Below are positions 1-13,892 of a DNA stretch of 64,000 nt, in pieces. Position 1 is the stretch's first letter. Every line of letters begins with the position of its first letter. A model generated the notes under the pieces. It made no database searches and was not told the origin of the DNA. It saw only the letters and a program-made list of their open reading frames with translations. The stretch is from Marsupella aquatica (lineage: Eukaryota > Plantae > Marchantiophyta): contig OZ316891.1 in the NCBI GenBank assembly GCA_973895155.1, positions 30,759,112 to 30,823,111 of the forward strand, read 5' to 3'. The position numbers and the translations under genes were made by a program.

Positions 1-753
1 GGCTTGAACCCGTAATTGGCCTCGAGTTTGTGAAACATTATCATTGTAGTTGACCTAACAAATTATTATGGGAAAGTGCAAAAATAATGTGTAATCGTTG
101 GTCGGCAACTCAATATCAACGCAATGACTCTTGAAAACAGAAATGAATTCTTTGCCGTGAAAGTGGAGACCTGCTTTGCGAGGAGATGATTCCATTTTTT
201 TGCTGGATTGAAAATGTGACAATCTGTGGCGATAATTTGTGCAGCTACGGTAAGATGTAGCGCTTGAGAGGAAGCAATTCCCTACTTAACGGAGTCACAG
301 AACCCACTTCAACCATTTGTTGTCTCCTGCACTCAGACTATTTAAAAAAAATTACAATTTACATCCCACTATCTTTGGTCAGTGATTTTTCGAGGAGCGT
401 CAGGTTACGTAAATGCTGATTACAAGCTTACATATTTCTGCAAGGCCTATCGTTACTCCTTGGAATGGAATGTACTGTCCGCCCCGCCTGTTGTCCAGAC
501 AGACAATGAGAAGGGCAGAAATACAAAAGTGTCGATGCTTCCTCCTAGGAAACTGGGTGTCTACAGCAAATTAGATTAAGCTTTACGTTGGAAACTTCTA
601 AGTATTCGTTGTACAATCCTTACTAATATGACCAACGGCGGACATGGGGGATCAATCAAAATTGATATGGTGGATGTGTAAAGCACAGAATGAGACAGAG
701 TAGACACAGGCTGTATTCAAACTCAAAAGCTAAATCTGAGGGCAACCTAGGGA

Positions 754-3700
754 TCACAATGATACCTTTGAGGGGTGATTGGTCAAAACTCGGAATTGAC
801 TTAGCTCAGGCTGATGCGAATGTATGTTCTCTCGAAGATTTGCTGGAAATGCTTTTTCCTTTCGGACAACCTTGCCAGTAACAGCAGCAGTTCCCTTCTT
901 TCTCAAAATCGTGCCAGACGCCTTCCGCAACTGGGACTCATCCTTCCCTACTTGTGGCCTCTTCTCATGTTGCAGAGATCCTCTCCTATCTCTTGGTTTC
1001 AACCAAGGCTTTCTCGGGGCCGAATGAGAATTGCTATGTGCGGTGGGTACTGAAGCAGATTGGCGGGGCAAAGCAGATCCTGATGGACGACTCATGTCAC
1101 TCTCATCAGACCAGCGACCAGCAAGTTCAGGAAGGCCGTGTGGATTGAATTTTCGTTGACACTTGAGGATAGAGCGGTGTGCTACTTCTTTCTCTTCACT
1201 GCCACTAGATGAGTTTACGCCACCATTTCTGAAATCCCGCCAATGCTTGGTGGGCTCATGCGTGCAGTGAGAGCGTTTGTTTTGCAACTTTGGTGATGGA
1301 TTGTTGGACATCTCAGGGGTTGAGTCAGGCAGAGTATTTTCATTCTCCTCATCTGTCATGTACCTCCGACAATGTGTGCACACAATGTCAGAGTGACTAC
1401 TTGCCACAGATGGAACCCTGACTTTCAATCTCTTGCTGCCATTTATTCGCAGTCTAGAAGTGCCGAGGGAATCTCTTGCTGATGGTCTCGTTGCCAGTTT
1501 CTCTTTTCTCATCCTTAAAGGATAGTCGCTGGCGGAACAAACTTCTCTAGGAATAGTCAATTGTTCTTGTTTAAGTATGGTTTTGGCCAGAAGAGCACCA
1601 CCCATATCTTCCCAATTGAGGCTTGGCTTCTGCCTCGAGTGCTGATTTTCCTGCCCCTTCGATGACTTTGCTGACGCCCTTTCTTGGTCACAAGATTCAT
1701 GGTAACGTGTAGAACTTGGGGTTCTACCCGCAAGATCTTCTGAACTAAATTTCTTGTTGAATGCTTTATAGCTGTCTGCTATTGGTTGATGAGGGCTTGG
1801 AGGGATGTCGAAATGCAATGATTTTGTTGGGTGGCGTGATTTTTCCATACTGCGAGGAGATGGAGATGGATCTGTCTGATCTGTTGAGCAGAGCGATGTT
1901 AGCTGTTGCCTTACTCTTGCAATCTGCTCATTAAGTTTCAACACTTCTGCTGAGACAGTCAAGGCACCATGGTTTTCACTGGGTATTCCCTTCGAGTTAA
2001 CTGCGGTTGGTCCATGGGAAAGACCAGCCTGATATGAGCTTGGGGTGTTGTGACGGTTGCCTGACATGTCGTTTGGGTCGTTCTCCTCTTCATGCAGACC
2101 ACCTTCACTGATAGCGACATTCTCCACAGGTTTGTGTTGTGACGTCTCTTCTTCGCCATTCATTGAGTCGACCTGATGAAGTCCATCCAACTATTAATTT
2201 GGAAAATTACTTGACTGCTAACAGTGGCTGTATTATCAAGGTCTTCATGTTTCTATTGGCTAAGACTCCTGCTGCGGTGGCTTTTACCCAGAGACTAGGT
2301 AAATGCAAAGTACAAATTACAATTCCACAAAGAGAGAAGACACTTACCATTATCATATGAGGGATGAAGGTTCATCACTAACCTGTCTATGGAACCGTTC
2401 ATTTCTGTCGTGTACATCCTTCATCATGGAACGCAACAATTGCAACTCATCCTTCTCTGCCAGGGAGATAGTTTGTTGTTCTGGTGGACAAAAAACAGTT
2501 TTTCCCTTTACTTGCTGAGGGCCTTCCCTCCACACTGAGTCTGGACGTCTGCTAGGTTGATGCAAGCTGCAAGCAACAATACATATCATGAACTTCTTCC
2601 CACAGTTGCAATCCAATCTATAGACTTCTATACTTAGCACCAAGAAGGTTTTAGGGGTGGTTTCCATGTGAGCAAAACTCTTTCCACGTTATCCTCTGGG
2701 ATTGGATTGGATTGGAGCTGAAGTTTGCTTGTTTCATACCACAATCCTTACTGCAGTGGGGCTTCCTTTGGTGGTTCAAATAATCAAATCAATATTAGGC
2801 CCTTTATGAACCTGAGAACTGTTATTGGTCATGGATTTTAACCTGAAATCAATTGCTTATTAGAAATGAGAGAATATATAGTTTGGAGCGACAGTTCCTT
2901 TCTCATACCCAGACGGGTCATTAGAGACAAACGCATTTTGGATTTTTATACTCCTATAATTTTTTATTCTTTCCTTTCTTTGGGATCATCCAAGGTTTTT
3001 GGTGACCTGTGTTGCACCCTTCCAGCCATACATGCAGGGAGGGGCGAACAGAGTTGTTGTGACCTTGCGAGATTGGATACTAGCGACATACTCAGTACCA
3101 TGTCTTCTCAAATTTTACCGGTCTTGAAAAATCGAGATTTGTTGCAATACTTCTGAGCAGAGACATAGACTATGAATAAAGCTCGCCATAACTGAGGCGC
3201 AACATTTGGTTTAGATCTAGGACACAATCACGCTTTGTGTGTTGAAAGACCCCTTGGGTGATTGACTTGCTGGAAAACCTTCACACTACGGGAAGCATAC
3301 GTGCGAACCAGTCGGTGCTGCAGATTCTCATTAAGTTGGTAACGAATGCAATGGAGCGAGAAGAAATTGTAAACTATGGAACAATTGATGTCCCATTGCT
3401 TGTTTTGGGAAAAGGAGGGCTGACCTTGAAAGCGAAGGTCCTTCCATAATGTGGTGCGTGATTTTGTCCTGCTCCAGATTTTCGTTATCCGCATTTGCTG
3501 AAAACCCTTTGAGGCGCTGCAACACTCCTGCAGTCTCCAATTCATGTCGCAGATCTGAAATGACTTGACCAACTTTGACGTTTTCTGCTTCCAACTCTTC
3601 CACCCTGGCCTTCAGAAACATGTTCTCCTTTTCCACAGCAAGCTGGGGTTCCACATCTCCCTCTTGCAGACCTAGACTGTTTTTCCCAGGGCCGAAGCAT

Positions 3701-6700
3701 ACCGCTCTTTGGTCCAAACCATTTCTAACAACCTGAGAATCTTTAGCTGACAACGCAGCCTGGCAATTGTTAATATGATCACCGCATGCAGATCCAGAGC
3801 TGCCGTCTGGAAATCGAGGTGGTGTCGAGTGTTCAATTGTTGTGCTGTCTTGTGCTAAATCAAATGCCTGTACATCCTGCACAGAAACTGAACTTCTCAT
3901 CTTCAATTGTAGATAAAAAATGGCAGGCAGGAAATATGATAGTAGCATGCTCATATGCATTTTCAAAGAAATGGACAAGTGAATTTTAGAGTCCATTTGA
4001 CAGAAACTAGCAAGGAATACATAACGCAGCAGTTTTCTGCCAGGATCATTTCAATATCAAAATAAGTATTGACTTTTTTTGGATTATATAGTTTGAGCTT
4101 ATCCTAGAAGACAATGAGGAGGTTGGGGATCTTGCCACCAAGGACCACCTGTGACCCAGTAATCAAACAGCTGACGCTCTCTTTGATTTCGACTCTCCTC
4201 CTAGACTCAACTTGCGTTACTTCCAAAATTGCGTCCTGCGAGGAGAAAAATCAGGATATTTACTTCAATGCGAGATGGACCGAAAGGAAATTTGCAACTG
4301 TATTTCGAGTTTTCCTATAACATCGGTGCAGAAATGGTACCAGATGCTTTGCATGCTTCCTAGCAGCTTCTGCTTGCTTCTGGGTTTCCACAAGGGATTT
4401 CCGTAGTACGCATATTTCCTCCGCATGCGACGCTTCTGCTTTTAGCAATCTGCAACGTGCCCCAGTCCTTGATAAGCTATTGATTGCACTGATACAGACG
4501 ACGTTTTTCTATCTTGCGGTTCCTAGCATCTTCAGAATTGAAGAGCTTTGTCAGCGTATGAACAAGAGCTTGATACTTACAGCTCTCCTTCTGTTTTGGC
4601 TGTTCGGAAGGATTCTTGTAATTCCGCAATCTCCCTGGCTTGACCTTCGAGCTTTTTCCGCATTCTGTCAGCAACATCGAATTACGTTTCAACTGCACGT
4701 GAGAGAAGGTTCTACTAGTACTAGCACAACAAATCTTGTCGTTTCTTTTAGGTAGTGTGAGAGGTTGTATGATAAAATTCTCTTTCGTGACCTTATAAGG
4801 TGGGAGACCAGCGACAACAAACCACATTATGATCATAAATTTTAACCAACAAGCCTGTCAGCTTACTATTCTGCGCATACGCCATATTTTAACATCAGAT
4901 AGGGTGGCCAGGACACACAACTACGAGGTGGTCACAAAATCCAACTGATGAACCTCTTTCTAAACTTACAAATTTTCTTGAGCCTTGGCCTCACTAATTT
5001 TCTGCTTTAAATCGGCTAGATTCTTGGTGTCATTGTCGTTCTTCTGTGACAACCTGCAGGTCGATTGCCATAGAAATGGTGTCAGTAGAAGAGAGATGAA
5101 GGTGATAACGGCCAGAGCTTTGAAAGGTTCAAGAGAAGTGGCAAGTCCAGAGATTGGTAAGGTTGGCTTTGATATGACCGAAAGTCCTCCTTTTTTGGGG
5201 TTTTGTTTTGCCGGCTTGCAGGAGGAGGTTGAATTCAACAAACTTCGTAAATGTTAGCGTTGGTACACGGAAACTAAAATTTAATGCATAATTAAAAATA
5301 AAAGGAGACTAACATTTCACTTTGGTTTCTTGCTTCAATGAGTGCCTGCTGCAAATTTGTATACTCCTCCACATACTCAGTATGTTTCTTCGAGAACCTG
5401 GCACACAGCATCATAATTTGAGGATACTAGAAGTCAGCATAGTTCTTTGCAGATGCACAATTTTGTTCAATAGCTACCAATTCGGAAACATTTCTAAAGA
5501 AAATAGACAAAGAAGAAGAAGGAACTAGGATGAGGGTTTTCTCACGTATCAACTTGATTCCGTGCTTCAAGCAATGACTTCTTGAGAGTTGCTATCTCTT
5601 TGACATGCTCGGCATTCTTCTTCAAGAACCTGCCATTATGCATCATCAGATGCCTTTCAGTCACTTCCAGCAACTATTGTACCATGAGAATGTTGCAGAA
5701 TACCTTGCACCAAACAATTGAGGTGTCAGGCAATTAGAAGGGAACGCTCTACAGGTTCCTTCAGAAACATACAGATCCTTTTGAACTTTTGCTTCTGTAA
5801 ATACGTCTTGCAAAGCGACAATCTCCTTAGACCGCTCGGATTCCGCCTTGGACAATCTGCACGAGCAGCAGAAGAATCAATTGCTGTTTGCAAGAATGTT
5901 GAATGTAAACTTTTAGCAATGATGAATAAACCGTTCGCTCGACATCGAGGAGGTGTATTTTACTCACTTTTCTACTTTGCTCTTGGCCTCCCCCAGAGAC
6001 TTCTCCAACATATTTATATGCCTAGTATGTTCTGCCTCCTTCTTTGATAATCTGCAATCATTTTACAAAGCCCAGCTCGTCAGGTAGATCGTACTATTTC
6101 TCGACCATCTGGCAAGGTTACTTAAAGTGGTTCTATATGCTACTTTTCTCAGAGAGCAGACACAATCAAGAGTAGAAACCAAATTAATGATTCATTACAA
6201 ATTTCTATTGTAAGCCCCAGGAACTTGAGTTCAAGTAGTATCTGCTTTGGAAATTTCTTCACTAGTCTCCTGTTTCAACTGAGTTATCCTTGAACCATCA
6301 ATTGAATCAAGGATTCAAAGTGCAAGCAAGCATAACTTACACATGCTCCTTTGCTCTAGCTTCACGGAGAAACTCATGCAGTAGAGATATCTCACGTGTT
6401 TTCTCCACTTCCGACTTCTCTAATCTGTAGGACTTAGTACAAATACACATGCATGGAAAGGTCAACTCTTCAGGGAAAGGTTGGTGTGCACGAAAATTAT
6501 AGGACGAAAATCACTTGTACTGATTCCTCATTTTCAGGCATAGGAGACGGCTGTGTTAATGTGATCACAGTTCGGCTACTTACAAGGTTTGAGCGTCCTG
6601 GAGAGCATCTTGTAGAGTGGTCACTTCTTCAGTGAGTGTGGCCTCGCGCTCAGATAGTCTGTTCAACATGGCTGATACTCTAGATCAGGATGAGACATTC

Positions 6701-9700
6701 AATATCTTTTAAAACAGACTTGGAGCACCGGGAATTGAGCATACTAAATCAAGAAGAAGGTACCCAATGGATTGACAATGGTAATCCAAGATGGCATGGA
6801 AGTTGATGACAAATGATTATTTGAGATAAGTCTCTCTTGCCTAGTTTCGTGAGTTCTCACTTGGGAGAGAGATCCTTTCAAAGAAAATATTTCTTTCTCC
6901 AGTTTTGCCACCTTCTCCAACAAGCTGTTTTCAGAAACAGCTCCGCTCATCAGGACGAGCAATGCAATGAGTAGGCACAGGAGCCATAGTCAACTTCTCG
7001 GACGAATAATGGACGAAAGAAAGGATTCTCCAATAACCCTCTGCATTGCTGAAAACAGCCTTTTGAAAATCGACATTCAATTCCGGAGCGAAGAGACGTG
7101 AGATAGATAAAGAATATACGTAACGCATCCCGCTCTCTCCTGAGATCTTGAACTGTCTGATGTAAAACTGATATTTGTTCAGCATGCTGTGCCTCCATTG
7201 TGATGAATCTAGCAAACAGGCACAACCAGAAATAAAAGAGTCATGTCACGACCAGGAATAATAAAGCAAAGAATTCCATATGGATACTGTAAGGTCGAAA
7301 CGGTGTACTCGTGCTGCTACATATCAAGTTACGAGGCTGAGTTTGCCTTTCATCTAAATCTGCGTTTCCATGATTTTAGGGGAGCCCTAATTTTCCAACT
7401 GTACAACGTACTGTGACATTGGAGCAAAGGGCATTGATGGATAAAGATTTCCTGCAGATAATGATAACACATAGGATGCAACAGAGGATTGTGACCTGGC
7501 ATGGAGACCATAGTATGGGAAGAGTGGGGAAATTTTTAAGAACAATGGTCGTTAAGGTCCATGCACATGACAGAAACTATTCCATCAACCTATCTCTGGT
7601 TTCCAAAACAGTCATAGACAATTTAATGTATTTTTCTGCCACGTCATCAATGTGAAGCACCTTGTATGGGCTTCCCTCCGTTCAAGGGACACTGCATACT
7701 CGATACTCTGCAATTGAGCAAGTAGTTCTGCTATCTTTCCGTCATACTCTTCGAGTATTCTCTTCCTCAAATTGCCTTCTAGGTCTTGCTTTGCTTGCTC
7801 CAATTCTCCTAGCCTGCCACTCATTCTCTCCTGTTCGAGAAAGCTTATTGCAGTAAGGGCTACTATTTAAATAAAGTTGTTGTTAAGTATTGAGGAATTG
7901 TAATTCATGGTTTCTTTTCCTTCCATTTGAGAACAGTCGTTAAAAAAATCGATTATACTCTATGGTCTGTAGAATATCTCAGTTTATCTGTCAACGCGTC
8001 TGTTGGAGCTGTGAAGTTCTTCACGTGCTCACCTGGACCGTCTCGAATTGGTGGGTTAGACTGACAATTTCTTTCTTCCGTGCATCAGCCACTTGAGTGA
8101 GCTCATCAATTGTTTTTTGGAGTTTACGAGCTCGCTCTTGCATTGTCTCAATTTCTTTGTCCTGCACGATAGAAGAGTTTCTAGCTAGCTCTTGAGACGA
8201 ACATACTTTGCCTGAATGGTCGCTATTGACTTTTGCATGGCAATAAGAAGGCAATAAGCAGGAGATGCGCTAAATCTTAATCTGTAAGCGGGTCTGTAAG
8301 TTACTCTTCATATCTGTAACAAGTAAGCTGCTTCAGTGTATGCTTGCTACCTTTTCTAGTTTCTCCTTAAGAAGGCCATCTTGCTCTGCAACTAGAGTCA
8401 TGACCGTTTTATGGCATTCGGAGTACCGTTGTGACCAAGTGCGCTCGCACGCCTTCATTGCATCACCCAAGCCTTTCTCCTGCACTTTAAGAGATTCGGT
8501 TTGCTGCTGTAGTTCTGGAAGGTGAAAAGGATTTCAAGGATATTGTCAGATACTGGAATTTGAAGCAAATGGCAAATCGATTCCCTAAACACCAGTTTAA
8601 GTTGCGAATCGGGTTGCTGTGAAGTCAGCTTAGTAGCTTTTCCGTTCAGTTTTATGAAATGATGGTCCAGAATAAGTTGAACTTTGTTGTTCTGTATTTC
8701 TGAAGTGAAATAGACACATCCTAAGGATACTTCAATTAGAAATTTTCAATAGCCCATATTAAGGAAGAGGCTTCTGAGGATTATTTAAAATTCTTTTTCA
8801 AGTTCTTTTCTGGATTGTTCTTCCATATGAAAGAAATTGACCTGCTCGAGAAAATTTGATAATTATTCATTTTTGTTGGACCTTAAAAGTGGTGAGGTTT
8901 ACGTCAGCTTGCTTCTATTTTTCCTTATACGCTTGAGGAGCATAGACTTGCATGCCTACTTGTCTGTAGAGCTTCAAGCTCGGATCGATGGCATGTAAGC
9001 TCTTGATCTCGAAGTTGCAAGGCTTCTTCCAGCCGCTCTCTCACACTCCTGACCTAGATGTTTGAAATAGTCATGCATGCTGCAACCATAAATTTGGTTT
9101 GCCTTGGCTACATGTCCTTTCGAAGAATAATCATCTAAGCTCGAGTCAACGTGTTACGATGGCCACCCTGGTAATGTAGGAGATATTGTATCCACCACCT
9201 CTCAAGGTTAACTGATTCATTTCAATCCATTCTTTCCTTGCAAACTCGAATATTCAACACAACACAATTCAATTCAATTAAATATTCGCACTCAAATACT
9301 CAACTCTTGAAATGGATTTGTTGAAATCTTCTGAAAATATTCATTCATAGTACAAGCATTTTTCAGCTAACCATGTTTGGAAATGAGTTTCTTACCGACT
9401 CTTTGTATTGACTCAATGTGGCCTCAAGCTCCTGAATTTGTGCAGAATCCTGATCTGCTATGCTTCTCAAGTTGGCTATTTCCAAGACCAAAAGATCAAT
9501 CTCCTTAACCTTTAGCGTCCGTTGCTTCTCACATTCAGCCTGCCAATCACTAGTTTAGTCGCACTGTGAAAGGAATTCTTAGTGCTACCATGCAAGGATT
9601 GATCCAACAGAGACACATCGAACTATTTTCCTAACGTCTGATAATGATAACAACCATTTGCAAAACGAGTCAGATTCCAGTCAAGCAAAGAAGAACAAAC

Positions 9701-9904
9701 CAATTGGGCTTCACATTGGTCGAGCTCAAAGTCTCGGTCTTCCAGGAGTTTGAGGTTGTACTTGAAGTCGCTGGTCAAGAGAGCCAAATGTTGCTTGAGT
9801 GTACTGATCTGCACATCTCGCCCGTGCACAAGTTCCCGCAGCTCCCTCAAGTCAACATCCATTGTGTGCTGGGCCTTACCATGCCCGCCGCTCTTTGCGC
9901 TCAT
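754..9904 (-). CDS. Multi-exon long coiled-coil protein, CCDC57-like; exon boundaries only approximately resolved
   Basis: N-terminal exon ORF 9623-9904 contains LTSDFKYNLKLLEDRDFELDQCEAQL, resembling the conserved DFxYNLxxLEERDxEL motif of CCDC57. Minus-strand heptad-rich exon fragments occur at 8021-8254, 7612-7824, 6744-6962, 5661-5855, 4260-4448, 3331-3996 and 2353-2667, then a long low-complexity terminal exon at 754-2190. Confidence 0.6.
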
Positions 9905-9964
9905 CTTGCTAAGTGCAACCTTTACCTTCCTCTAATCTCTTCACCCCGTCCCTAGCAAATCAAT

Positions 9965-10210
9965 GATACTGTTATCCTCATCCGCAAGAATCCATGCTAC
10001 ATAGCTGCTACTTGAAATTCCACACACAACTTCAAATTATGTTGTCATCCTCATCCCCAAGAATCCAAGCTGTATAGCTGCTACTTGAAATTTCCTCCAG
10101 AATCAACTGCAATTACGTTGTTATCCTCATCCCCAAGAATCAACTTCAATTATGTTGTTATCCTCATCCCCAAGAATCCATGGTGCATGGCTGCTACTTG
10201 AAATTACTCC
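9965..10210. repeat. Short imperfect tandem repeat (core TCCTCATCCCCAAGAATC, ~4 copies); second copy at ~27925-28170
   Basis: Core visible at ~9974, 10048, 10123 and 10162; reads as W/ILGDEDN repeats on the minus strand. Confidence 0.75.
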
Positions 10211-10559
10211 AGACACAATTTCCTACTAAGGTCACTAATCTCAACGTTCTCCTTGCAATTCTTTCGGGTTTTTGATGTAGTAGTCTTGCACTTTTCTGTC
10301 AGCTCCGGGTTCCTATGCTGTGAGTCGAAGCACTTGACTGTTGTGCCTTAGTCTCATCTGGACCGTGTATTTCAAAATTGACGGTGGAGATGCGTCCTCC
10401 AAACTGTGGGTGCTCGGTGAACCCGGGCACTGACGGTGCTTCAGGACCGTCGATGGGGTGACTTGCACAGTCGGCCGAGCATCGACGGCCTGTGAATGTG
10501 GGTCTAACATGAATAAACGAAATGAGACCTTCGTTTCCTTTGCCCGAAATTCTGTGGCA

Positions 10560-11200
10560 GTAATTGATCCCGACTTCTCGAAATGACGATGTTCTAGACA
10601 AATCCCCGAGCAAGAGGCCTTCGCTGATTTGATGGACCTCCTTCTCAACATGGGATATGTACCAGTTTCGGAACGGTGATCTTTCGAGTACAGGAGCCCA
10701 ATTCCTCGAAATGATGTTCTAGACAAATCCCGAGCAAGGTTTTGGATGATTTGATTGTCCTCCTTCTCAACATGGGATATGCATCAGCTTCGGAGCGCTG
10801 ATCTTTCGAGTAATTGAGCCCGATTTCTCGAAATGATGTTCTAGACGAATCCCCGAACAAGGTTTTGGATGATTTGATTGTCCTCCTTCTCAACATGGAA
10901 TACGTATCTGCTTGGTAACGGGGATCTTTCGAGTAATTGAGCCTGATTTCTCAAATTGATGTACTGGACAAATCCCAGAGCAATTCTTAGATGACAAATC
11001 CCCGAGCAAGGTTTTCGATGATTTGATTGTCGTCCTTCTCAACATGGAAAACGTGTCAGCTTCGTAACGGTGATCTTTCGAGTAATTTGAGCCTGATTTC
11101 TCGAAATGATGTTCTAGACGAATCCCCAAGCAAAAGGTTTTCGATGATTTGATTGTCCTCCTTCTCAACATGGAATACGTATCAGCTTCGTAACGGTGAT
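10560..11200. repeat. Minisatellite, ~122-bp unit, ~5 copies
   Basis: CTTCTCAACATGG recurs at ~10641, 10763, 10886, 11036 and 11161, each with shared GATCTTTCGAGTAATT and ATGATGTTCTAGAC blocks. Confidence 0.9.
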
Positions 11201-11473
11201 CATTACCTCCATCTTCTATGAGACATATCAGCACAGATTCTAAATGAGCCGGGATCAAACGCCTCGTCCTTTCCAGCATGATTGTATGAGAGAAGAAAAG
11301 GGTGACGAGAACACACATCATGCCCTCATGCTCCAAAAACACATCTTAGTGTAAACATACCCTGTGAAGTTTCACCGTTGAGCTATCGTCGGCGTTTTCC
11401 CCACAGCTTTTTCACATTGCTTGCTGCGTCCTTCTGTGTGACCCTGTAGTCTGACCTCAACTCTGACTTGATC

Positions 11474-13090
11474 CTAACCTGAAGAATCTGGGGTTCCTCT
11501 GTTGTTGTCAGCATCTGTTTGCTGTTGTGAGGGTGCTTTGCTCTCGCCTACTTGGAAATCTGAGACCTGTACGGACGGTATTTCTTGGCCTTTATTGCTG
11601 CTCGGCACTGGTACCCTGTTTCTCTCCAGCTTGCTCTCTTCAGATTGCATCGTGCTTTCACTTCTGCCCCATCTCACACAGAAATCAATCACTGAAAAGA
11701 TCCGCCGGAGACAGGAATGAACTAGATAGTATGCAAGTACATGTACTAAGTTTCACCCACCTACAGGTGAACGTCACAAAGAGGACGTGAATCAAGCGGA
11801 ACCTGAATTGAGAAGGAGCAGCCCACCTTGAAGACTCATCTAGCTGCTTCCCACGGTGCTTGCACCCTCTCGCCTCTGTACTGAAGCCTCAGCTAACGTG
11901 CTGCTGGTCCTTTGGATAGGCGATGTCAATTCTGAATGATTGATATTGTGCAGAGTGTCATCTTCTTCGTCGGAAGAGTGTGTTCCAGTTTCACTGTCCT
12001 GAGCTTCATCAGCTTCTTCCGCCTCACTGGAAGCGTCCAAGCGACCTTGTTCTCCTGGAGAGTGGTCGTTATTTTCACTGTCATCTACTTCATCACCTGG
12101 TTCAAAATCCCCTGAATAATCTGAATGATCTTTCACTTCCACTTTCTTCTATGTCGTCATGGTCTTCAGAATAGTTGGACCTATCTGTTATAGTCCAATT
12201 AGAGTGCCTGGCTACACTAAAATTCCCGCCCAATGAGACCATAATGACCATCAGATATGCAGAACCATCTCCACTGCCCAGTCCAGCAAACTGGATTATG
12301 GCAATCGAGATATGCCTAGCCTATTGTCCCACAATGTAGTTTAGCAAATTTGTATTCAAACACCCGAACTTCTGTTCAGCTCTCTAGTTGAGGATAAATA
12401 TAGACAGATGGTACCCTACTGATTACAAGCTTTCAACTTTTGCAGGTGCTGACTGCTTTGGTGAGCGCTCCAAAAGCCACACGAAATCTATGATCGGAGA
12501 TTACTAGTGAATCGGTTGGAGGGGTCTTGGTATCACTCTTGCTCACTTGAGCAACCAGTCCTAACAGCAGAATATTGGAAGATGCTAAGTGGCAATCCAT
12601 ATAGTCCAGGAGATCCAGGAAGTACCCACAGTATGTACAATATGTTGCTTAGTAACGAGCAAACACACAGCAAAGCACAGGCTGCCTCATACCTGACCAC
12701 TGCGCTTTCTTGCTCTTCACCTAGTGGCACTTCAATTCATGCTTCTCCTGCTCTTCAGCAGTTGCATGTGACAAAGAATCGTCACCAACGTTTAGAACCG
12801 TCTCGGAATCATCATCTGATGAAGTATCTCTTTTTAACTTTTTCTATGCTGTACAGTGCCTCTTTCTCTTGGCTTCAGCAATCGGCTCGGGAACAGATTC
12901 ATCCCCTAGATTCAGAATCATTTGTGATGCCCCCTCGATGAATCATGTGACTTCAGTGCTAATATGCTCTTTTGCACGTTCAGCTCTTGCTCTGGCAATT
13001 TCAAGGGGAATGGAATAATCAGTTACATTCCCAATCATGACTAAATAACCATCTGGCAAAAGATCCTTTTTCCTCTCGATCAACAGCACT
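11474..13090 (-). pseudogene. Fragments of an unidentified acidic (D/E/S-rich) protein gene; paralogous copy at ~29525-31110
   Basis: Minus-strand ORFs 11840-12142 and 11474-11692 are D/E-rich. The paralogue ORF 29736-30305 is longer, implying indels in this copy. No family recognised. Confidence 0.3.
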
Positions 13091-13121
13091 TTCTTCCTCA
13101 CCTTGCGGCCCAGAATGTATT

Positions 13122-13892
13122 GCTCTTTGCATTTGAGTCTTGGCGTTGGCACCGGGCAACGCCATTGAGCTGAGCGAGAGCAGCAGCAGGAATACTCACA
13201 GAATCGGAATTTGTGCGAGCAGTGAGGACTGGCGTTATGGAGGCCGTGGCCGCGGTTGGGATTGGTAGAAGTTGGGGTGTGATCCCTTCACGGGCGGCCA
13301 ATGCAGCAGGAGCAGCAGCAGGGAGTCGAGTCGCGGTGTATCCCCCGAGGGCCATAAGTGGTTTTGGCTTGCGTCGAGGAGAATCGAGCAAGGAATTCGC
13401 TGTCGTTAGGCTTTTAGGATTTAAGCAGGGTTTGGGGCTTTAGGGCAACATCAGCGGAGGGTGAAACAGAGCAGCAATGGAGAGGGGTCTCGGATGCAAT
13501 AGATTGCAGCAGCTACGAACAGTGGAAGGAACTTTTTGGGTAGTGAGGAGGAAGCGTTGAACCCTGAATCACGGCCTATCTCCCTGCCCATTATAGGTGA
13601 GATACCCTTGACTCACAAAGAGCTGAACATATTCTCTCCCATACTTTCCTATCTCCCTGCCCATTATAGGTGAGATACCCTTGACTCACAAAGAGCTGAA
13701 TATGTTCTCTCCCATACTTTCCTATGTCCCTCCCCATTATAGGTGAGCTACCCTTGACTCACAAAGAGCTGAATATGTTCTCTCCCATACTTTCCGTTCT
13801 GTACTCTGGGTTCTTCCTCATCAGTGCAGTGGTACGGTACCGTTTGTATGGAGATCTGGCAAGCAAAAGTGACAACAAGCAGTGGGAAACCT
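13122..13892 (+). pseudogene. Truncated, internally deleted copy of the ICMT-like gene at 25903-27153
   Basis: Near-identical to ~25790-26296, then joined to ~26598-26697. Has premature stops (13441-13443, ~13500) and a ~66-bp triplicated segment (~13576-13790). Confidence 0.9.

Noticed and set aside
10560-11200. Regularly spaced repeats as a CRISPR-like array, and the MLRRRTIKSSKT repeat ORFs
   Set aside because: Whole units are similar with no unique spacers, the context is eukaryotic, and the ORFs are by-products of the minisatellite.
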